Shown: piece after piece, positions 1 to 5,061 of the stretch
How positions within the stretch are numbered: the first letter of the stretch is position 1
Layout: every line of letters starts with the position of its first letter
Notes under the pieces: generated by a model
Databases searched by the model: none
The model's input: only the letters and a program-made list of their open reading frames with translations
Told to the model about the DNA's origin: nothing
Assembly (NCBI GenBank): GCA_000004985.1
Contig: GG739166.1
Source: Naegleria gruberi
Taxonomy: Eukaryota
DNA length: 5,237 bases
Strand: one strand, 5' to 3'
Program-made: the position numbers and the translations under genes

Positions 1-1
1 A

Positions 2-1040
2 CTGAAAAGAGACAGAGAACTTGTTTTAGAGGCTATTAAGTATAATGTTGATGTTTTGAAATATTGTCCTGATGATATGATAAGTGATAGAGAAATTATT
101 ATGAAAGCAGTCCAGACTGATGGATTTGCCACTTCAATATGCATCAAAACAATTACAACATGACAGAGAAATAGTACTTCTTGCCGTTAAGAATAATGGA
201 AAGAGTCTAAAATATAATTACATTAATAAACATGACAAAGAAATAGCAATGGAAGCTGTTAAGCAAAATGGCCTTGCACTTCAACATGTATGTCATTATT
301 TAAGAGACAAAGAAATTGTATTGGCAGCTATTAAACAAAACATGAGTGCTTTTGAATTTGCATCTATTGAGATAAAAAATGATAGAGAACTTGTAATGGA
401 ACTAGTTAAGAAATGTGGATGGATGTTTGAATATGCCTCAAAACAACTAAGAGGTGACAGAGAAATTGTAACAGAAGCTATTAACCGACATGCTGACATT
501 GTTTATAAACATGTATCAAAGGAATTAAGAAATGACAGACAGTTGGCAATGATAGCAATTAAAAACCATGCATGTTTACTTGCATACGCATCAGAGGAAA
601 TTAGAAATGACAAGGAAATTGTAATGGAAGCTATTAAGGGTAAAAGAGAAACGCTCAAAATGGCATCTAATTAATTGAGAAGTGACAAGTCATTTATTTT
701 AGAACTAGTTCAACAAAATTCAGAAATGCTAAAATATGCCTCTGATGAATTGAGAAACGACAAGGAATTTATATTGGACGTGGTTAAAAAAAGAGTATCT
801 ACTATCAAATATGCCTCTTATGATTTGAAAAATGACAGAGAGTTTATTCTAAATGCTGTGAAACTAAATGCAAAGGTTTTAAAATATGCCTCTGATGATA
901 TACTAAGCAAGAGTTTTACAAATGATAGAGAAATTGTATTGGCGGCAATGAAGCAAGATATCAACACCTATGCATATGCCTCTAATGAGGTAAAAAATGA
1001 TAGAGCAGTTTTATTAGAAATATTGTTTAAGATAGAAACT
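2..1040 (+). repeat. intragenic coding tandem repeats (~75-nt units, about 14 copies) of the DUF4116-like motif
   Basis: The peptide motif YAS..(L/I)(R/K)NDREIV..A(V/I)K.NG recurs every ~25 codons. At the nucleotide level there are shared blocks: aaaatatgcctctgatga at 731-748 and again at 881-898, and aaatatgcctct at 807-818. Each pair is offset by multiples of 75 nt. Confidence 0.7.
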
Positions 1041-1052
1041 TGTTTTATTTAG
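2..1052 (+). pseudogene. DUF4116-like tandem-repeat protein gene, 5'-partial, disrupted by a +1 frameshift and an in-frame stop
   Basis: Translating from nt 2 (frame 2) gives LKRDRELVLEAIKYNVDVLKYCPDDMISDREIIMKAVQTDGFA, then runs into TSICIKTITT and a stop at 161-163. Frame 3 from 120 gives (M)DLPLQYASKQLQHDREIVLLAVKNNG..., which continues the same ~25-aa repeat (units 72-78 nt; consensus LKYAS-ELRNDREIVLEAVKQNG-A, about 14 units in all). Removing one C from GCC at 128-130 joins ...DGFA to LQYASKQL... in a single repeat register. A TAA at 672-674 sits exactly where the other units have E/Q/D (ASN*LRSDK versus ASDELRNDK, ASKQLRGDR, ASEEIRNDK), so it looks like a single GAA/CAA to TAA substitution. 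The repeat continues in frame to 1052. The first residue of track ORF 675..1052 is a TTG codon, an artefact of alternative-start calling. Confidence 0.55.
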
Positions 1053-1133
1053 ATGAAAATAAAGTGAGTTTGACTGGATGATGACATTACAGTTTCAATT
1101 AGATCACTAATCTGTCTAAGATTTGTAAGAACC

Positions 1134-1382
1134 TCAGCACTGACAACAAAGAACACAAATCCAACTCATATTTTCTGTAACAATTTCTGAATTCATCCAT
1201 TTAGAAAGTGACAAGTTTACACCTGTTGGCAATTCATGCATTACCTTTTGAATTTGATTCACGTGATTACCATCCATTCCCTTTTCGAATGGTTTACCAG
1301 CAGTATCAAAGATATGATATTCATGACCATTAGAGGAACCAAGATGAACATGTTCATTGTGTTGTTTTGGGTGTAAAACATG
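1134..1382 (-). CDS. orphan His-rich ORF fragment (82 codons, no start codon; first in-frame ATG at 1277..1275 would give 47 aa); possible gene remnant
   Basis: Minus-strand frame open from 1382 to the TGA at 1136..1134: HVLHPKQHNEHVHLGSSNGHEYHIFDTAGKPFEKGMDGNHVNQIQKVMHELPTGVNLSLSKWMNSEIVTENMSWICVLCCQC*. It is preceded by an in-frame stop at 1385..1383, and its upstream side runs directly into the tandem duplication and the F-box gene start. The composition is protein-like rather than low-complexity. Confidence 0.2.
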   Translation of the reverse strand, partial: HVLHPKQHNEHVHLGSSNGHEYHIFDTAGKPFEKGMDGNHVNQIQKVMHELPTGVNLSLSKWMNSEIVTENMSWICVLCCQC

Positions 1383-1458
1383 TTAATTTAAAAGTCAAGG
1401 AGCAATTTCATAATTTGTTAATTTAAATTGTAAAAGTCAAGGATCAATTTCATAATTT
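1382..1458. repeat. tandem direct duplication (35-nt unit, then a 42-nt copy with a 6-nt insertion and 1 mismatch) immediately upstream of the F-box gene ATG
   Basis: Copy 1 is gttaatttaaaagtcaaggagcaatttcataattt (1382-1416). Copy 2 is gttaatttaaattgtaaaagtcaaggatcaatttcataattt (1417-1458). AAAAAA and the ATG at 1465 follow. Confidence 0.8.
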
Positions 1459-1464
1459 AAAAAA

Positions 1465-2280
1465 ATGTTCACCACAACATACGAGCTATGCAATATTCTT
1501 CAATTTTTACCTCCTCGAGATTTGCTTCCCTTTCGTTTAGTTTCTTCCGTGTGGAATTCTTCTTGTTTAACTAATTCTATTTGGCAACAATTTTGCAATA
1601 TTTACATGAGGAATCATCAATACCATTTCGACTCTCTAGATCTCGACGAGAATTCAACGACTTCAAATTTATTCTATTATCAATTATTCAGAAAATTATT
1701 CTACTTTCCAATAATGAAATCCGTTAAAGTTTATGATGATGAAGAATCACCAACTACAGTGTATCATAATCCTGTGGAGGATATTGTCATGCGTTTGCCT
1801 GATGAATTTGGAAAATTTGTTGAGAAATATGAGTATTGTGAAGAATTGTCGAGATTTGCGTTCATTTCCTTGTTGATTGGATTTCTTTCTGGAAGAAATG
1901 GACGAAAGTTGGACTATTTCAATGATACAGTTCGTGTTGGGAGTAAAGATAAGAAAGAAATAGACGAAATGCCACTATGTTGCTTATTTGCAATCATTCA
2001 ATATTCAGAACCTACTGAATTAATCATTTACACTCCAAATTATTTCCCAAATTCGAAAAGATTTATATTTTGTAATTTTGAATCGGATTTATTTTGGGAA
2101 TTTAAATCTTGTGGTTCAGAACCTTTTATGGAAATTAGAGATTTATACGAAATGTTTCCTTACAAGAGAAATACTGATCTTTCAAAATACAGAAATGGAG
2201 ATGGTGCAATTTATTTTTCAAAGAATTGGAAAGAGTTAACCATTCGAGTTTTGTATTGGGAGCGCTACTTTGATGAATAA
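1465..2280 (+). CDS. F-box domain protein (271 aa) with an uncharacterised aromatic-rich C-terminal region
   Basis: N-terminal residues ~5-48 (nt ~1477-1610), ELCNILQFLPPRDLLPFRLVSSVWNSSCLTNSIWQQF, match the F-box consensus (LPxEIL..I...L...DL.....VSK.W......LW). The 271-codon ORF has an A-rich start context aaaaaaATG. The stop is embedded in gaaTAAAg. Confidence 0.8.
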   Translation: MFTTTYELCNILQFLPPRDLLPFRLVSSVWNSSCLTNSIWQQFCNIYMRNHQYHFDSLDLDENSTTSNLFYYQLFRKLFYFPIMKSVKVYDDEESPTTVYHNPVEDIVMRLPDEFGKFVEKYEYCEELSRFAFISLLIGFLSGRNGRKLDYFNDTVRVGSKDKKEIDEMPLCCLFAIIQYSEPTELIIYTPNYFPNSKRFIFCNFESDLFWEFKSCGSEPFMEIRDLYEMFPYKRNTDLSKYRNGDGAIYFSKNWKELTIRVLYWERYFDE

Positions 2281-2281
2281 A
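2276..2281 (+). promoter_or_regulatory. AATAAA poly(A)-signal-like hexamer overlapping the stop codon of the F-box gene
   Basis: gaaTAAag: the stop TAA at 2278-2280 lies inside AATAAA. The gene at 3181 ends the same way. Confidence 0.3.
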
Positions 2282-2398
2282 GTCTTCAAAGGTTTGATTA
2301 TTAGAAAATCTCTTGCATACTCTAGGCTTAAACACCAATAAGGTGGGACAGCCATTGCAACTCTATACGAGTAGCTTAATTGTTGTTCAATTAAAAAA

Positions 2399-3181
2399 AT
2401 GAGTCTACACCTTAAAGATGAGGCGGAGATCACAAAATATTCTTACTGTCCTACCCTGTTGATTCACAATTTCCCGTACTTCTTACTTTCTGGTAAAACA
2501 AGTCTGACAGATAAAAGTATCAAAGTAAATTACCACTTTACCTCACAAAACATTAAAGAAGTTGTGGATAAAGTTATTGATTTAGGTTTTGCTTTTGTGG
2601 AAACATATAAAATGGTGGAGACATATTATGACGATGAATGCTTCACAAACATGAAACAAAATACATGGATCAAATTAGTAAACACCTCTAATACTAAATT
2701 TAAGAAAATTTCCAAAAAACAAGCGTCAATTATAGAAAGCAATCATATTAAATACGAAGAAGAGGTTTTTCTTGGTGATATTCAGTCCAAATTACAACCA
2801 AAGTTTATGATTGTTGTCTTCAGAAGTATTTACCAAAATAATAACATCCAATTCACGTATGACACTGTGGAATATCAAGAGCACAAGTTTGTGGTATTTT
2901 GCATTTCTGGAAATGTGTCAGAGAGTTCTATTACAGTAGACTACAACCTCCATGATCCTGTATTTGAGGTTTGTATGGCAAGTAGAAGCAAGATAATTGA
3001 GATTATATGGAGAACAAATAAGGAACTTTACAAAATATTACAGGAAAATAATGTAATACCCGATTTGGAATACTCTTCATTTAATTTTGAGCCTTTAATC
3101 GATCGAAACTCATCTTCCTTCAATGAGATGAAAAAGAGAGTCCCACGAAAGTGTGAAAACCTTCAATGTGCAAAGGAATAA
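2399..3181 (+). CDS. hypothetical protein (260 aa); tentative, weak resemblance to the CYTH/thiamine-triphosphatase-like fold with non-canonical active-site residues
   Basis: Long ORF with an A-rich start context (ttaaaaaaATG) and non-repetitive, protein-like composition. Local collinear resemblances to mammalian ThTPase: IKVNYHF versus [28 protein letters not shown] versus [35 protein letters not shown] versus LRVDLDTADFGYAVGEVE. This is similarity by eye only, with no search run. Confidence 0.6.
   Translation: [260 protein letters not shown]
3176..3181 (+). promoter_or_regulatory. AATAAA poly(A)-signal-like hexamer overlapping the stop codon of gene 2399..3181
   Basis: gaaTAAattg: the stop TAA at 3179-3181 lies inside AATAAA at 3176-3181. 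Confidence 0.3.
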
Positions 3182-3263
3182 ATTGCTGCAAGTGTTGATA
3201 AAACAAGTGGTGGCTCCAATTAGCTATTAATCAAGTACTGATCCAATTTCATTGTTAGTACAG

Positions 3264-3269
3264 TTTATT
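3264..3269 (-). promoter_or_regulatory. AATAAA (minus strand) just downstream of the stop of the minus-strand gene
   Basis: Plus-strand tttatt at 3264-3269 is AATAAA on the minus strand, 5-10 nt after the stop codon (3276..3274). Genes 2399..3181 and 3274..3927 converge across a 92-nt spacer. Confidence 0.3.
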
Positions 3270-3273
3270 GAAA

Positions 3274-3927
3274 TTAGTTAATTTTTACAGCTTTAATTGG
3301 GGTTTCGAATTGGAATGGATCAAATATTTCAGAGCTGGTATCAATCAACATACTTTCTCTTTCAAGTTGAATCAAAATTCCCTCAACAATACTTCCAGCA
3401 AGATAATCCAACTTTCTAATAGTTGACTGTTGATGATTCTGATAATTTACAAGTGGATAACAGCAGGCTTGACCGCTAATAACTTGTTGAATCCTTTCTG
3501 AACATCTCTTAAAAGCAGAACTGTTTAAAAGAAAGTTCTGAGCTGTTTCTGGATCGACTGAATCATTAAATTGTTGAATTTTAGTATCATCAGCAATCGT
3601 ATCCAATTTGGTAATGGCAAAGGCAACAACTCTTCCCATTTCTCTGGCACTTTCGTGCAAAACTTTGAGTTTTTCCAAGAAACCAGGAGTGAAACAATCT
3701 TCAAATGTCAACATCAACAATACAGCATTGCTTGCTCTCGAAAGATCACTTTCACTAACACTTGGATCATTCTTGGATTGACCAAATTTAAGCATGCCCT
3801 CCAATAAACATTTAAAGCGATCAACTTGCAAATTATCTGAATTGAAATCCCAACCAAAAATATCATTGATTGAGATCTTCTCAGTAAGTGGATAATTATT
3901 AACACTCATGGTAGTATGATCTTGCAT
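3274..3927 (-). CDS. dynamin-superfamily-like protein with a degenerate P-loop (217 aa from the ATG at 3927; alternative ATG at 3909). The ORF is open further upstream to 4119 through N/T/I-rich low-complexity sequence.
   Basis: Collinear matches to the dynamin GTPase domain. Near the N-terminus, EKISINDIFGWDF aligns with the region just after the P-loop, GKSSVLENFVGRDF. Further on, GRVVAFAITKLD matches the G4 region QRTIGVITKLD (TKxD). Then CYPLVNYQNHQ matches GYIGVVNRSQ. The canonical GxxxxGK(S/T) is replaced by YPLTEKIS (both Gly lost, Lys kept), and the switch I/II (G2/G3) region appears deleted. The segment 3928..4119 encodes MKLNRVSIIVNITFEPNILITFTNNTIITITSRSRN..., which looks like AT-rich non-coding sequence, and it contains the AACGTG motif cluster. 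Confidence 0.5.
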   Translation of the reverse strand: MQDHTTMSVNNYPLTEKISINDIFGWDFNSDNLQVDRFKCLLEGMLKFGQSKNDPSVSESDLSRASNAVLLMLTFEDCFTPGFLEKLKVLHESAREMGRVVAFAITKLDTIADDTKIQQFNDSVDPETAQNFLLNSSAFKRCSERIQQVISGQACCYPLVNYQNHQQSTIRKLDYLAGSIVEGILIQLERESMLIDTSSEIFDPFQFETPIKAVKIN

Positions 3928-4019
3928 TTGGATTGTAGTAAGTTCTTGGAATTTGAAACATTTTTTTGTTGTTGAGTTTTGTTTTCTTTCGGTGTGTTTG
4001 TGTATTAAAAGATTTCTGG

Positions 4020-4084
4020 AACGTGAAGTTATTGTAATAATTGTATTATTAGTAAACGTGATAAGTATATTTGGTTCAAACGTG
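4020..4084 (+). promoter_or_regulatory. three direct copies of AACGTG(A) (4020-4025, 4055-4060, 4079-4084), the last two as identical 10-mers aaacgtgata spaced 24 nt apart. Candidate cis-regulatory sites in the divergent promoter region.
   Basis: Direct sequence repeats. The second and third copies are each followed by an A/T-rich (taa/caa)taattg-like block. Confidence 0.3.
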
Positions 4085-4274
4085 ATATTTACAATAATTG
4101 AAACTCGGTTGAGTTTCAACAGATTTTCATCTCGGATTCATTTTCAAAAAATCGTAAGAGATAAGGGGAATCAAGTAATTGAAGAAGATGGGTCTTTCTA
4201 ACGTATGTGCCTGTACATTTAAATGAAAGAGAAAATTATAACAAGTTAATAGAAAACAATGAATTTTTTTTAGA

Positions 4275-4344
4275 AAGCACGTTTCTTTTACTTTACTCAA
4301 GCACCTTTCTAATGGTTTAGAATGGAGGTTGTGTTTATCACGTT
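4275..4344 (+). promoter_or_regulatory. two copies of CACGTT (4278-4283, 4339-4344), the reverse complement of AACGTG, and a 12-mer repeat aagcac(g/c)tttct (4275-4286, 4309-4320) upstream of the ATG at 4423
   Basis: Same ACGT-core hexamer as at 4020-4084 but in inverted orientation. They lie 80-145 nt upstream of the start of gene 4423. Confidence 0.3.
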
Positions 4345-4422
4345 TTGGTTAACTAATAGTAAAAAAACAAACACCATCCTAAAGAAACTAAACTCAACAA
4401 CCGAAACATTAACCAAATAAGA

Positions 4423-4774
4423 ATGTCTTCCCCAACCCACTATGCTTGCCTTGAATCCAACAACTCAAAATTCAGATTTGCCTATCATGAATCTTTCTCA
4501 TCCCAACAATCTGGGAAAGTATTCTTGATTGACTTTGAAAATTCTGTCAAGTATATGAATGGCAATTGTCCTCTTGAAGTCATCAATACAAAGGTTTTTA
4601 CTCAATTGGTAAGTGGACTTGTTTCAGTCAAGATTTCAGACGAAACTCAAGGAGTCATTGAACTCACCATTGGAACCAAGTGTTTGAAATTGGAAAAGAC
4701 TGAAATTACAAGTCAAGATTTCCTTCAAGAACAGGTTTACTTATTGGAGAAGAAGTTTGAAAGAATGCTCAAAG
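4423..4774 (+). CDS. exon 1 of a two-exon gene encoding a hypothetical protein with a coiled-coil-like C-terminus (167 aa after splicing)
   Basis: ORF from the ATG at 4423. A canonical splice donor GTAAGT sits at 4775-4780 immediately after ...ERMLKG. The unspliced frame stops at 4783-4785 inside the putative intron. The start context is aaataagaATG. Confidence 0.55.
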
Positions 4775-4824
4775 GTAAGTTGTAGCCATTTCGAATACTT
4801 TGATTGAAAACAACTTTTTAAAAG
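4775..4824 (+). other. putative 50-nt spliceosomal intron (GTAAGT ... TTTTTAAAAG), phase 1
   Basis: Donor gtaagt at 4775-4780. Acceptor AG at 4823-4824 preceded by a T/A-rich tract. Splicing G(4774) to AA(4825-4826) creates a GAA codon and continues in frame for 48 more codons to the TAA at 4971-4973. Confidence 0.5.
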
Positions 4825-4973
4825 AAAATGATAACAAGATTAAAAGTTTGAATGATGAAGTTAATAGCTTAAGAGCAATGAATGAAGAATTGGTTCTAGC
4901 TGTGAGAACCAAGAACGAAGAACCTGTTCAACCAGTTGCTGAAGAAGTTCCACCAGTTGTTGCTGCAGAATAA
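4825..4973 (+). CDS. exon 2 of the spliced gene (…ENDNKIKSLNDEVNSLRAMNEELVLAVRTKNEEPVQPVAEEVPPVVAAE*)
   Basis: The frame +2 relative to exon 1 is open from 4779 to 4973. Its heptad-like charged composition continues the coiled-coil character of the exon-1 C-terminus (QDFLQEQVYLLEKKFERMLKG). The E/V/P-rich tail is not AT-rich junk. AATAAA lies 20 nt downstream at 4993-4998. Confidence 0.5.
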
Positions 4974-4992
4974 TTGAAAACTTACGATTACA

Positions 4993-4998
4993 AATAAA
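4993..4998 (+). promoter_or_regulatory. AATAAA poly(A)-signal-like hexamer 20 nt downstream of the stop of gene 4423..4973
   Basis: caAATAAAaaacc. Confidence 0.3.
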
Positions 4999-5037
4999 AA
5001 ACCTAGTGCCAGTATTTACCACTATCCATTCACCTTC

Positions 5038-5061
5038 TTAAACTCATTATTAAACTCATTA
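5038..5061. repeat. perfect tandem 12-mer x2 (ttaaactcatta) in the 3' flank
   Basis: ttaaactcatta at 5038-5049 and again at 5050-5061. Confidence 0.8.

Noticed and set aside
296-499. Antisense or overlapping ORFs from the track: 296..499(-), 2135..2338(-), 2236..2433(-), 3571..3807(+), 3714..3905(-), 3953..4201(+)
   Set aside because: Each lies antisense to, or inside, a longer ORF with clear domain or repeat content (DUF4116 array, F-box gene, dynamin-like gene), or within A/T-rich intergenic sequence. Their translations are low-complexity or hydrophobic with no recognisable motifs. They are typical spurious ORFs of AT-rich DNA.
672-674. In-frame TAA at a position where the repeat usually has Gln/Glu. 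Could the genome use a ciliate-type code (TAA/TAG = Gln)?
   Set aside because: All other long ORFs (271, 260, 281 and 184 codons) contain no internal TAA or TAG and encode their many Gln with CAA/CAG. Several genes terminate cleanly at TAA followed by AATAAA-like signals. Under a ciliate code these genes would read through into implausible extensions (for example the F-box gene would run to the TGA near 2415, overlapping the next gene's start). The standard code is far more consistent.
675-677. TTG start codon for ORF 675..1052 as given in the track
   Set aside because: This is an artefact of alternative-start ORF calling. The reading frame is simply the continuation of the repeat array after the premature TAA. 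The first ATG is at 723-725, in the middle of a repeat unit.
1134-1382. Assigning the His-rich fragment to Cu/Zn superoxide dismutase (HVH...FDTAG) or the HIT family (HVHL)
   Set aside because: The motif spacing does not fit: SOD1 has HVHEFGDNTAG contiguous, whereas here 11 residues separate HVH and FDTAG. The HIT family requires HxHxHxx. The matches are too short and non-collinear to support a call.
1382-1458. CRISPR-like array or transposon terminal inverted repeats
   Set aside because: Only two directly adjacent copies with no spacers. No inverted-repeat partner and no cas or transposase genes nearby. A simple tandem duplication is the parsimonious reading.
1053-1464. Mimivirus-type early promoter octamer AAAATTGA upstream of genes
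   Set aside because: Searched by eye upstream of the starts at 1465, 2399, 3927(-) and 4423. No AAAATTGA was found (closest is aattaattga at 670-679, inside the repeat gene). A giant-virus origin is neither supported nor excluded by this.
3182-3273. Rho-independent terminator-like hairpin between the convergent genes
   Set aside because: No convincing GC-rich stem followed by a U-tract was found in the 92-nt spacer. AATAAA/TTTATT signals on both strands explain 3' end formation better in this context.
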